Positions 42,064-51,086 of a stretch of 64,000 nt of DNA are shown here, piece after piece. Within the stretch, counting starts at the first letter, position 1, and every line of letters starts with the position of its first letter. Where the stretch lies: positions 448,001 to 512,000 of the forward strand of contig OZ219801.1 in assembly GCA_964291655.2 (NCBI GenBank), written 5' to 3'. This DNA comes from Chloroflexota bacterium. Lineage in GTDB: Bacteria > Chloroflexota > UBA11872 > VXOZ01. A program made the translations under genes and the position numbers. The notes beneath the pieces were generated by a model. The model had not been told where the DNA came from. It ran no database searches and worked only from the letters and a program-made list of their open reading frames with translations.

Positions 42064-42974
42064 AAGCAATGGGTACGGCTCCTATCGAACTCTCCATCAT
42101 CGTTGTCACCCACAACGTCGTGGCGCTGCTGCGCACGTGCCTCGCTTCGATCTATGCCAGCGACTTTGCGGATCGGTGTGAGGTGTTCGTGGTGGATAAC
42201 GGCACTGACGAGTCACTTGCAATGGTGGAGGACGATTTTCCGGCAGCGCAACGCATCCTGGGATCGCCGCACATCGGCTTCGCGGCGGGAAACAACCTTG
42301 CACTCGCGCGGGCACGCGGTCGCTACGTTCTCTTGCTCAACCCGGACACAGAACTCCCGCCTTCTGCACTCTCACAATTGCACGCCGTCATGGAGAAAAA
42401 TCCGCAGTGGGGCATTGTTGGGCCGAGACTCGTTCGCGCCGACGGGAGCTTGGATCTGGCCTGCCGACGTTCATTTCCAACACCTTGGAATGCGCTCATG
42501 AAGGCTTGCGGTCTCGCGAAGCGGTTTCCCAAGTCTCGTGTAACCGCCGGATACAACCTCACGTATCTCGATCCCAATCAGTGCTATCCCTTGGATGCGG
42601 TAGTCGGCGCATTTATGTTCATACGCCGCGACGCGCTGGCTGAGGCCGGCCTGCTGGATGACTCGTTCTTCATGTACGGTGAAGACCTTGACCTCTGCTA
42701 CCGCATAAAGCAAGCTGGATGGCAAGTATGGTATTGGCCGGCGGTTGCAGTGCGCCACCTGAAAGGCGAAAGCAGCCGCCAACGTCCAGGCCGAATGACA
42801 TTTGAGTTTTTTCGCTCTATGCACTTGTTCTATGCCAAGCACCAAGCGCCCCAAAACCCTACTGTCTTGAATGTCCTCGTATTCTCAGCAATCTGGACTT
42901 TCTTTTTCGCAGCAATGCTCCGGGTATGGGCGCGACGAGATTCCCACCACGCCCCGCGGCTTTCAGCGTTCTAG
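42060..42974 (+). CDS. Glycosyltransferase family 2 (rhamnosyltransferase WbbL-like)
   Basis: VVDN, GFAAGNN, LLNPD, GAFM, FFMYGEDLD. Confidence 0.9.
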   Translation: MKAMGTAPIELSIIVVTHNVVALLRTCLASIYASDFADRCEVFVVDNGTDESLAMVEDDFPAAQRILGSPHIGFAAGNNLALARARGRYVLLLNPDTELPPSALSQLHAVMEKNPQWGIVGPRLVRADGSLDLACRRSFPTPWNALMKACGLAKRFPKSRVTAGYNLTYLDPNQCYPLDAVVGAFMFIRRDALAEAGLLDDSFFMYGEDLDLCYRIKQAGWQVWYWPAVAVRHLKGESSRQRPGRMTFEFFRSMHLFYAKHQAPQNPTVLNVLVFSAIWTFFFAAMLRVWARRDSHHAPRLSAF

Positions 42975-42987
42975 GAGGGAGGGGGCC

Positions 42988-44394
42988 ATGACACTCAAGG
43001 GAGATCTGCGCCTCATCATTGTGCCGCTGTGGCTCATTCTTGACGCTTTGGCGATCGGCCTCGCCGTACTTTGTTCCTATTACGTGCGTTTCACGTTAGG
43101 TTGGCCGCCACCGGAGGAAGCTCATTCCCTGCAGATGTATTACCGCCTATGGTTACTCATAACCGTGGTATACATGGGCACCATGCTCATTAATGGGCTT
43201 TATCGCTCCCATCAACACGTACCGGCGGAAGAATACCTCCTCAAGATTCTGCCTGCCATTGCGCTGGGGACGGTTGTAGCGGTCGGTTTATCCGCTTTTT
43301 TCGGGCGCACAGGATTCGAATACTCCCGGTTGCTCATCGGCTATGCGGCGATTCTGAGCGTCTTCTTCCTCACATTCGAGCGGGTGCTTGTTTCCTTCGC
43401 TCGCGGCGTGCTGCACCAGCGAAACATGGGGACGGTGCGCACACTCATCGTGGGACACGGGGTCGGCAGCGCAATCGTTGACGTGCACTTCCAGCGCCTT
43501 CAGCAACTCGGCTATGAAGTAGTCGGAATCCTGGATGACGACCCCGACGACAACGTCCTTAAACTCAGCTACCCCTTGCTTGGCGAAATCGACCTACTCC
43601 CGATCGTCATCTCTCAGTATGACGTGAAGGAAGTTATCATTACGTTGCCTGCACTCAATACGGTTGAATTGCTGCGCATTCTTGACCTGTGCCCCACGGA
43701 GAACGTACACATACGAGTGCATCCGGATCTCTTTCAGTTCCTGGTCACAACCATCCAAGTAGACGAGATTTCCGGCCTGCCACTTCTCACTGTTAAGGAA
43801 CCTCGTCTCGCCGTTTGGCACCGCATGGCAAAGCGCTCGTTGGATCTTGTGGTCGCTGCCATTACATTGATCGTGCTCTCCGGACCGCTGCTGCTCGTTG
43901 CCCTCTTGATCCGTCTTGACTCGGCAGGCCCCACCTTCTTCATCCAGGAGCGGGTAGGACGAGACGGCAAAGCATTCCCAATCATCAAGTTTCGCACGAT
44001 GGTGGCAGATGTTGCCGCCCAAGAAGGCCGCGACTGGACCGTGCCCAATGACCCGCGACGCACTCGCTTGGGCAAGTTCCTCAGGCGGTTTTCCGTAGAT
44101 GAGCTACCCAATCTGATCAACGTTCTCATCGGCCACATGAGCCTGGTCGGACCTCGTGCGGAACAGCCGCAGTATGTTAGGCAATTCAGCGCCGAAATTC
44201 CACGCTACATGGAACGGCACCGCGAAAAGGCCGGCATGACCGGTTGGGCGCAAGTCAACGGCCTGCGCGGCGACGTGCCCATCGATCAACGCACGCAGTA
44301 CGACCTCTATTACATCGAGAACTGGTCGATTTACTTTGATATTCGCATCCTCCTACGTACGGTAATTGCCGTATTTAGGCAACCGGCCTATTAG
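42988..44394 (+). CDS. wcaJ: Undecaprenyl-phosphate glucose phosphotransferase (WcaJ-like)
   Basis: KRSLD, QERVG, KFRTM, DELP, MSLVGPR, GMTGWAQVNG, DLYYIENWS. Confidence 0.9.
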   Translation: MTLKGDLRLIIVPLWLILDALAIGLAVLCSYYVRFTLGWPPPEEAHSLQMYYRLWLLITVVYMGTMLINGLYRSHQHVPAEEYLLKILPAIALGTVVAVGLSAFFGRTGFEYSRLLIGYAAILSVFFLTFERVLVSFARGVLHQRNMGTVRTLIVGHGVGSAIVDVHFQRLQQLGYEVVGILDDDPDDNVLKLSYPLLGEIDLLPIVISQYDVKEVIITLPALNTVELLRILDLCPTENVHIRVHPDLFQFLVTTIQVDEISGLPLLTVKEPRLAVWHRMAKRSLDLVVAAITLIVLSGPLLLVALLIRLDSAGPTFFIQERVGRDGKAFPIIKFRTMVADVAAQEGRDWTVPNDPRRTRLGKFLRRFSVDELPNLINVLIGHMSLVGPRAEQPQYVRQFSAEIPRYMERHREKAGMTGWAQVNGLRGDVPIDQRTQYDLYYIENWSIYFDIRILLRTVIAVFRQPAY

Positions 44395-44482
44395 TGCTGT
44401 CAATCCTGAAAGCGAATTCTGCCGTGGCACTTCCGCACAACTCAACCGGAAATGAAATCTAACATCAGACAAAGGGTGAAAC

Positions 44483-45562
44483 ATGAGAGTTACTGACATC
44501 ACGCATCGTCTCTACCGTTGGCCCCGCCGGAAGCCAATCCGAAACGGCATGTTCACGTACACCGACGTTACGCTCTCCGTGGTGGAAATTGAGACTGATG
44601 CCGGCCTCACCGGTCTTGGATTAGGTGGTGTCAATCCTTCCCTCCTAGAGCAATTCAAGCCCCTGCTCATCGGCGCAGACCCCTTCAATGTGGAACGACA
44701 CTGGCATGCACTGTGGGTGCCGAAACTTGTAGGAAGGCGCGGCACAGAGACGCGCACCATCTCAAGCTTGGACATCGCCCTTTGGGACCTGGTCGGCAAA
44801 GCAACAGACAAATCCGTGCACCAATTGCTTGGCGGCTATGCAGAGCGTATCCCAGTCTACATCGCTGGCGGCTACTACGAGGAAGGCAAGGGCCTCAAAG
44901 AGCTGGCGGACGAGATGGCAGAGAACCTGCGTCTGGGCGCGCGGGCGGTAAAGATGAAGATTGGCGGCGCGCCGATTGGTGAAGACGTGGAACGCGTGCG
45001 CGTCGTCCGCGAGACGGTGGGGCCGAATGTGGAAGTGATGGTAGACGCGAACAATGCCTATCCTGCTCACGAAGCCATCCGCATAGCGGCGCAGATGGAG
45101 AAGTACGACATCTACTGGTTTGAGGAGCCGGTGGGCGCAGACGACTATGCGGGCTGTGCCCGCGTGGCCCAAGCAACGACAATCCCCATTGCTACCGGCG
45201 AGAACGAATACACGCGCTACGGATTCCGCGACCTGATTCAGCACCAAGCAGCCAGCATCCTCAATGCCGATGCCAATATCTGCGGCGGGGTTACGGAGTT
45301 TCGCCGCATTGCCGCGCTTGCCGCCTCCCATGATCTGGTGATCGCGCCCCATGGATCACAAGACGTGCACATTCACCTAGTTACCGGCATCCCCAATGGG
45401 CTGATTCTCGAATATTACCGCGACACCGTGGACCCCATGTGGGGCAAGACGTTCAAAGAAACGCTCATGTTGGACGCGGACGGCATGCTCGCGCCGCCGG
45501 ATAGACCGGGTTTTGGCATAACGCTCAATGAGGACGCTTTGGCGGAATTCCGGGTGTCGTAG
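44483..45562 (+). CDS. Mandelate racemase/muconate lactonizing enzyme family
   Basis: DIALWD, KMKIG, VDAN, WFEEP, TGENE. Confidence 0.92.
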   Translation: MRVTDITHRLYRWPRRKPIRNGMFTYTDVTLSVVEIETDAGLTGLGLGGVNPSLLEQFKPLLIGADPFNVERHWHALWVPKLVGRRGTETRTISSLDIALWDLVGKATDKSVHQLLGGYAERIPVYIAGGYYEEGKGLKELADEMAENLRLGARAVKMKIGGAPIGEDVERVRVVRETVGPNVEVMVDANNAYPAHEAIRIAAQMEKYDIYWFEEPVGADDYAGCARVAQATTIPIATGENEYTRYGFRDLIQHQAASILNADANICGGVTEFRRIAALAASHDLVIAPHGSQDVHIHLVTGIPNGLILEYYRDTVDPMWGKTFKETLMLDADGMLAPPDRPGFGITLNEDALAEFRVS

Positions 45563-45744
45563 CACCCAAAACCTAGGCAAATCATCTAATTCGCGGATAG
45601 TCGCAATGCCGCGTGAATCTCGATCAACTGCCAAACGTACCCGGCCTTTGTGCCTTTGCCGCCACTGCGATGCGGTAAGATGTGTACAGTGAACTGCGCC
45701 GCCGCGTCCGTCCTTTAGCAAAGAGAAAGCGAGCATCTGAGCCA

Positions 45745-46629
45745 ATGACTGTCTTTCAAAAGCCGGGGAACTGGTACAAGGGCAATCTCCACACCCACTC
45801 CACGAATTCTGACGGCCTCTATCCTCCGGAGATGGTGTGTTTGTGGTATTGGACAATGGGCTACGACTTTCTTTCAATCACCGACCATCGTTCGCTCACA
45901 CTCTTTGAGGAGCCGCCGGCCCGCAGTCCCGTGCTCATCCCGGGTATGGAACTCAATGGCGACGACGCCCGCGCCGGAGGCGGCTACCATATCGTCGGAC
46001 TCGGTCTGCGCGACATGCTCGTACAACCGCCGAACCTGGATGCGCAGGGCGCAATCGATGCGATTCGGACGGATGGGGGTCTGGCCGTGCTGGCACATCC
46101 CTACTGGCTGGGACACGTAACCACTGACCTGACGCACCTTGAAGGCGCCCTCGGACTCGAGGTCTTTAACTATGGGACGCAAGTGAGTATCAACAAGGGC
46201 GACAGCACGTATCTCTGGGACGGACTGCTCGACCGCAAACGACCGCTCTTGGGCTTGGCCGTAGACGACGCCCACTGGAAGCTGCCTGATGCCGGCGGCG
46301 GCTGGGTTATGGCCAAAGCGGATTCGTGCACATCGGAGACAATCCTGGCTGCGATTGCAAGTGGAGACTTCTACTCCTCCCAAGGGCCGGAGATCTACGA
46401 CTTTCGCCTCGAAGACGGTGTGGCCTCCGCCAAGACTTCACCGGTCCGCACAATCGCCTTTATGTCCGAACGCTCGCATGGACAAGCAATCAGATCGCCA
46501 CAGGGCGATCCCATCACATCCGCCCACTATTCGCTGCGAAACGAGCATACCTATTTGCGCTTAGAGTGCGTTGACTTTCAAGGGCGCCGGGCGTGGAGCA
46601 ATCCCATTTGTCTTGAAGGAGACGCGTAG
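45745..46629 (+). CDS. PHP-domain (CehA/McbA-like) metallohydrolase
   Basis: KGNLHTHSTNSDG, ITDH, AHP, DDAH, AWSNP. Confidence 0.88.
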   Translation: MTVFQKPGNWYKGNLHTHSTNSDGLYPPEMVCLWYWTMGYDFLSITDHRSLTLFEEPPARSPVLIPGMELNGDDARAGGGYHIVGLGLRDMLVQPPNLDAQGAIDAIRTDGGLAVLAHPYWLGHVTTDLTHLEGALGLEVFNYGTQVSINKGDSTYLWDGLLDRKRPLLGLAVDDAHWKLPDAGGGWVMAKADSCTSETILAAIASGDFYSSQGPEIYDFRLEDGVASAKTSPVRTIAFMSERSHGQAIRSPQGDPITSAHYSLRNEHTYLRLECVDFQGRRAWSNPICLEGDA

Positions 46630-46646
46630 CTTAAGGAGAGAATTGC

Positions 46647-47783
46647 GTGAAAATCGTAAACCTTAACATCCATCCCGTAGCCGTTTCCCGGCAATACGCC
46701 ACGCTGACCTCCGGCGGCCAAGAAGGCCGGAAGAATCCTGGCGCCGCTCCCGTGGAACTGTCCTATTTCTACATCCTCGAAGTAGAAACCGACGCCGGCA
46801 TCGTGGGCATCGGCGAGATCTCCGACATCGATCCAAAAATGCGCATGGTCGATGGGTCTCCAATGGAGATTGAGAATGTTGCCGGTAAACTGAACTCACT
46901 TCTCGTCGGACGGGACCCCAGCGACTTGGAGCGGCTCTCTTTGGAGGTGCGCACCGGCGGTCTTATAGACTGCGCGATCGACACTGCATGCTATGACATT
47001 ATGGGAAAGTCCTACGGAACTTCCGCCACCACCTTAGCCGGCGGGCACTTGCGGAAGAGCGTTTGGGTATCCTGGGTTGCCTACATTCGTGAACCCGAGG
47101 CCATGGTTCCCGAGATTCAGGAGAAACTAGCGCAAGGCTTCGACGCTTTCAAGTTTAAGGTTGGCAGAGACATTGATCTTGACGAAGCGCGCATCAAGCT
47201 ATTTCGCGAAATCGGCGGCTACGACTTGAACCTAAAGCTCGACGCCAACGCGGCTTGGGACGTTGATGAGGCCATTACCTTTATGCGCCGCCTGGAGAAG
47301 TACAACATTTCCGGCGTGGAGACGCCAATTGACAAAGAAAACGTTGCCGGCATGGCTCAGGTTCGCAAGGCCGTTGACACGCCGATACTGGAGCACGTTA
47401 GCACGCAGGAATACGCCCTGGAACTTGTCCGCCATGAAGCCGTGGACGTCTTCAACGTTTCCACCGTGGGATGCGGCGGTATCTACCGTGCGAAGAAAGT
47501 AATCGCTATTGCCGAAGCCGCCGGCTTGCACGCGCTGCTTGGCAGTACGGTGGAGCTCGGCGTCGGCACAGCGGCGCAACTCGCACTCGCCGCTTCTTCG
47601 TGGCGTATTGACTGGCCTTCGGACCTCATCGGGCCGCTCATGTACACCGATGACGTGCTCGTGGAGCCCTGGGAGTGGGACAACGGCTACCTGCGCGTAC
47701 CATCAGGCGCCGGTCTCGGCGTTACCCTCGACCCCGCCAAGCTCGAGTCGTTGCACAATCCGCTGCCACCGTCGCGGCAATAG
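46647..47783 (+). CDS. Enolase superfamily (muconate cycloisomerase-like)
   Basis: GIGE, KFKVG, LDAN, ETP, GSTVE, GLG. Confidence 0.88.
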   Translation: MKIVNLNIHPVAVSRQYATLTSGGQEGRKNPGAAPVELSYFYILEVETDAGIVGIGEISDIDPKMRMVDGSPMEIENVAGKLNSLLVGRDPSDLERLSLEVRTGGLIDCAIDTACYDIMGKSYGTSATTLAGGHLRKSVWVSWVAYIREPEAMVPEIQEKLAQGFDAFKFKVGRDIDLDEARIKLFREIGGYDLNLKLDANAAWDVDEAITFMRRLEKYNISGVETPIDKENVAGMAQVRKAVDTPILEHVSTQEYALELVRHEAVDVFNVSTVGCGGIYRAKKVIAIAEAAGLHALLGSTVELGVGTAAQLALAASSWRIDWPSDLIGPLMYTDDVLVEPWEWDNGYLRVPSGAGLGVTLDPAKLESLHNPLPPSRQ

Positions 47784-48006
47784 AGACGTGCGGGGTTGCA
47801 CTGACGGCCGTGCGGACGCATTGCACTAAACCTTGCGCAACAGTCGGACATCTATTCAAAGTAAGCCCGAATTACCGTTCTTGGTGAGTTGCCTTGCCTG
47901 AGCTCGCCGAAGTGTCGAACCATGGACTACCTGAATACTGCGAGTCCCAAGGCTATCGACGGTCCCATCTCAGCAGGCTGCGCGCAATCCGCATGCAAAC
48001 CCTCTG

Positions 48007-48036
48007 TTGACACTTCCGCCTCGCCATTGCTATCCT
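48007..48036 (+). promoter_or_regulatory. Sigma70 promoter for rplU-rpmA
   Basis: TTGACA-18 nt-TATCCT with extended TG. Confidence 0.65.
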
Positions 48037-48042
48037 AAGCAA

Positions 48043-48088
48043 TGCAGGGCAGCACTGACCCTTGGGTAGGTGCGCATTCGGCCCTGTA
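48043..48088 (+). promoter_or_regulatory. Structured 5' leader of rplU (L21-leader-like position)
   Basis: TGCAGGGC/GCCCTGTA outer stem enclosing a GCAC..ACCC TT GGGT..GTGC hairpin. Confidence 0.4.
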
Positions 48089-48134
48089 TCATGAATACCT
48101 AAGAAGTCGTGCATCTATATAAACGAGGAACATC

Positions 48135-48446
48135 GTGTTCGCAGTCGTTGAAATCGCCGGGAAGCAATATCGGGTTAGCCCCGGAGACCGTATCGCAGTT
48201 GAGAGACTGGATGCAGAACCCGGCAGTGAGATTATGCTGGACTCTGTTCTGTTGGCATCCACAGATAATGGCGTTACCGTCGGCACTCCGGTGATTGACG
48301 GCGCCAGCATCAGCGCACAAGTGATCGCGGAAGAGAAGGACAGCAAGGTGCTCGTGCTCAAATACAAGCGGAAGAACCGCTACCGGCACCTCTCAGGTCA
48401 CCGGCATACCCGCACTATTCTGGAAATAGACTCCATTAACACGTAA
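48135..48446 (+). CDS. rplU: 50S ribosomal protein L21
   Basis: [22 protein letters not shown]. Confidence 0.96.
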   Translation: MFAVVEIAGKQYRVSPGDRIAVERLDAEPGSEIMLDSVLLASTDNGVTVGTPVIDGASISAQVIAEEKDSKVLVLKYKRKNRYRHLSGHRHTRTILEIDSINT

Positions 48447-48519
48447 AGCCAACAACCGAAACGAGGGGTCTCGAAGGTATTCCCGCGTCCCTCCAACGAA
48501 AACGAGGAGTAACGAACAA

Positions 48520-48777
48520 GTGGCACAAAAGAAAGCCGGCGGCAGCAGCCGCAACGGTCGGGATAGCGCAGGCAGACGACTAGGCGTCAAGCGCACCGAC
48601 GGGGAATTAGTGCGCGCCGGAAACATTCTCGTGCGCCAGCGCGGCACCCCAATTCGCCCGGGCGAGAACGTCGGTATCGGCAAAGACCACACCCTCTTCG
48701 CCAAAGTTGACGGCGTTGTCCGCTTCGAGACCTTCGGCCGCGATACCAAGCGCGCCATCATCGTTCCGCTCGGCTAG
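48520..48777 (+). CDS. rpmA: 50S ribosomal protein L27
   Basis: [28 protein letters not shown]. Confidence 0.97.
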   Translation: MAQKKAGGSSRNGRDSAGRRLGVKRTDGELVRAGNILVRQRGTPIRPGENVGIGKDHTLFAKVDGVVRFETFGRDTKRAIIVPLG

Positions 48778-48848
48778 CGCCAGCACACAATCGCAACACG
48801 CAACATTGCCACGCTAAAGCCGAGTACTGCCTCGCATAGACAATTCTC

Positions 48849-48920
48849 GGGCCGGTAGCTCAGTGGGAGAGCGCTGCGTTCGCATCGCAGAAGTCGGGGG
48901 TTCAAATCCCCCTCGGTCCA
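48849..48920 (+). tRNA. tRNA-Ala (anticodon CGC)
   Basis: Cloverleaf: acceptor GGGCCGG/TCGGTCC with G3:U70, D stem GCTC/GAGC, anticodon stem CTGCG/CGCAG with loop TTCGCAT, T arm GGGGG-TTCAAAT-CCCCC; CCA not fully encoded. Confidence 0.96.
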
Positions 48921-48967
48921 CCTCAATCGCCGATTCTCTAAACTTTGTGCACATGTCACATCGGCAA

Positions 48968-50149
48968 CTATTTATGCGTAGCCTCTATACAAGAATCCTC
49001 TGTGCGTTCGATGGAAAAGCTCAGACCATTCAAGCCCCCAGTTGATAGTCCCGCTGCTCGAGAATTCTCTTCCCAACTAATAACCTCAGCCGCGAAGCCA
49101 AGGGTCTGCAACACCCGCAGGATCCGTTTAATAGTGATATAAGGAGCACCAGACCCAATGTAATTGCGCTCTAGTAGGCTAAACTGCTCGGTGAGGGAGT
49201 TGTGCAATCGAAGACATTCATACTCGTCTTGACATAGCAATACCACGACACAGTCGGTGATTGCGAATGGCGGCCCTAGTGGAACATAGGCTATTTTGTC
49301 CTGTCGCGGTTTGCCAACTCTATGAATCAGGACTGCAGGACCAGTAATCGAGCGGGTTCCAAAGGGGACTTGCCTTTCCGACTCTCGCAACCGGTAATCC
49401 TGTAGCTCGGTTGAGTGTACCAGCGGTATGCTCTCTCCCGTCTCAACACTTGGTAGGTTATGAGTTTGAAGTGTTCCGCGTAGCAACCCAATTGTAGGCC
49501 CGGTCACAGTAAGGAAAGGCTCAATCTGAGTCTTGTTGTTCTGGGTTGTAGGGCCGCGTTTTAGATACGCGATAGTTACCTTTAGGCTTACTCCAGGAAA
49601 CTTTGCTGTCTCTTCTAGGACTGCCCGGAACTCTCCGATCTGATTTAGTGCAATTCTAGCATCTTGGTCCCGTTCAGCATGAGATGCCCCTGCAGGCAAG
49701 AGAGTCACAAGACTTCCGTCTGGACTGAGGTACTGCGACGCGATCAGAACGAAAGCCATCGCCGGACTGCAACGCATTCTTAGCCCATTTAGAAGAACCT
49801 CCACTCTCGTCCCGCCACGAGCCGAAAATGGGGGATTCAAGACTGCCAGGTCGACTTTAGCCTTGATTTTCTCGAGATTGGAGAGAGAGTGCCTACTAGA
49901 GTTTTCCAAGAAGTTGCACTGAGCCAAAGTCCAATCGGTTCTGACCTGCGCGAGACTTGCAACTCTATTTCTGCTGATATCACATCCAAAAAATGTTGCA
50001 TTGGGCCACCGTTGCTTGGCGGCAGCCAAGAGTTCACCAGTACCTACAGCGAAGTCCGCGATTGTTCTCGGTTCGCCTTGGCACAGCTGATCCGCAACCT
50101 CAACTAACTTTGCCGCAAGGTGAGGGGGAGTATTGAATTCATCAATCAA
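48968..50149 (-). CDS. N6-adenine DNA methyltransferase (gamma-class order) with C-terminal TRD-like region
   Basis: FNTP (motif X), IADFAVGTG (motif I), GCDI, LNPPF (motif IV), LLP; likely TTG start at 50149, 1 nt after the upstream stop. Confidence 0.85.
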   Translation of the reverse strand: MIDEFNTPPHLAAKLVEVADQLCQGEPRTIADFAVGTGELLAAAKQRWPNATFFGCDISRNRVASLAQVRTDWTLAQCNFLENSSRHSLSNLEKIKAKVDLAVLNPPFSARGGTRVEVLLNGLRMRCSPAMAFVLIASQYLSPDGSLVTLLPAGASHAERDQDARIALNQIGEFRAVLEETAKFPGVSLKVTIAYLKRGPTTQNNKTQIEPFLTVTGPTIGLLRGTLQTHNLPSVETGESIPLVHSTELQDYRLRESERQVPFGTRSITGPAVLIHRVGKPRQDKIAYVPLGPPFAITDCVVVLLCQDEYECLRLHNSLTEQFSLLERNYIGSGAPYITIKRILRVLQTLGFAAEVISWEENSRAAGLSTGGLNGLSFSIERTEDSCIEATHK

Positions 50150-50150
50150 C

Positions 50151-51086
50151 TTAATTCCAAAGCGGGCTGAGCTCGTATATTTGAAGCAAGCCCGTTCCAA
50201 TTGATCGATTCGCCCTGGGAATTGGGTGGTCGTAGACTAGCTCAATTCGCTCTGGGTCCAGAATGGCTAGCATTACTGCCCCTAGGGCGTGAGGACGAGT
50301 ACCTAAAGGCGCAACCTTTAGTCGCGCATTGTGGCAATCGACTGCAATGTCCTTCAATGCATACATGAGGCTGAACGGACAATTCGCGATGGCGAATCGA
50401 ACATTCTGCCATATTGGGCTATCCTCGAACGGAGCTCTATTTCCAAGGTAGGAATGGAAGGGATAGTCCGGTCTGAATCCTGGCGAACCTACGATAGGAA
50501 GAACTCGCTCATAGGGAATCTCTATCTGGTTTAGCGCATAGGCTAGACGAGCACCTTCGAATCCAAGTATCGGCACAAAGTAAACGTCGTCAGAGTCGCG
50601 CGGTTCTGTAAGGCGCGCAAAGCCGGGCAAACTTGAAATCCCCATGATCCTCTCACTAAGATCAAATATTAGTGAATCTGCACTAGCTCCACTAGGAATG
50701 TATCCGAAAGGTTCAACGTAAACGGCATGGACATTTACACCATGCAGAATTGCGCGCTTCAGGACAACGGCCCAAATGTGGTAAGGCAACCCAGTGATGT
50801 TCAAATAGAGTTCTTTACCGATTTTCCCTATTAGGGCTTCCAATTGAGTTGCACTCCTCAACTGAACAGTCGACGAGATCGCACCCACTGTCTCAAAAGC
50901 CATGCTGCCTTTGTCAACGCACTCTACGAATCTGGCACTGAATTCCCGCTCTTCCCACTCCGAAGGATGCTTGGACCTAGGCTCAACTGAATTACTCCAC
51001 AAATAAACGGAATCTGGACTTAGATACAGTTCGTGCCATCCGCATAGTGTCCGTGTATAGAGTGGCCGCTCTTCAAATGGAAGCAT
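50151..51086 (-). CDS. Conserved hypothetical protein of the putative defence operon
   Basis: Alpha/beta motifs YLNITGL, YVEP..Y, LPGF, ILGFEGAR, PGF, APLGTRPHALG, VYDHP; overlaps the upstream ATPase. Confidence 0.75.
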   Translation of the reverse strand: MLPFEERPLYTRTLCGWHELYLSPDSVYLWSNSVEPRSKHPSEWEEREFSARFVECVDKGSMAFETVGAISSTVQLRSATQLEALIGKIGKELYLNITGLPYHIWAVVLKRAILHGVNVHAVYVEPFGYIPSGASADSLIFDLSERIMGISSLPGFARLTEPRDSDDVYFVPILGFEGARLAYALNQIEIPYERVLPIVGSPGFRPDYPFHSYLGNRAPFEDSPIWQNVRFAIANCPFSLMYALKDIAVDCHNARLKVAPLGTRPHALGAVMLAILDPERIELVYDHPIPRANRSIGTGLLQIYELSPLWN

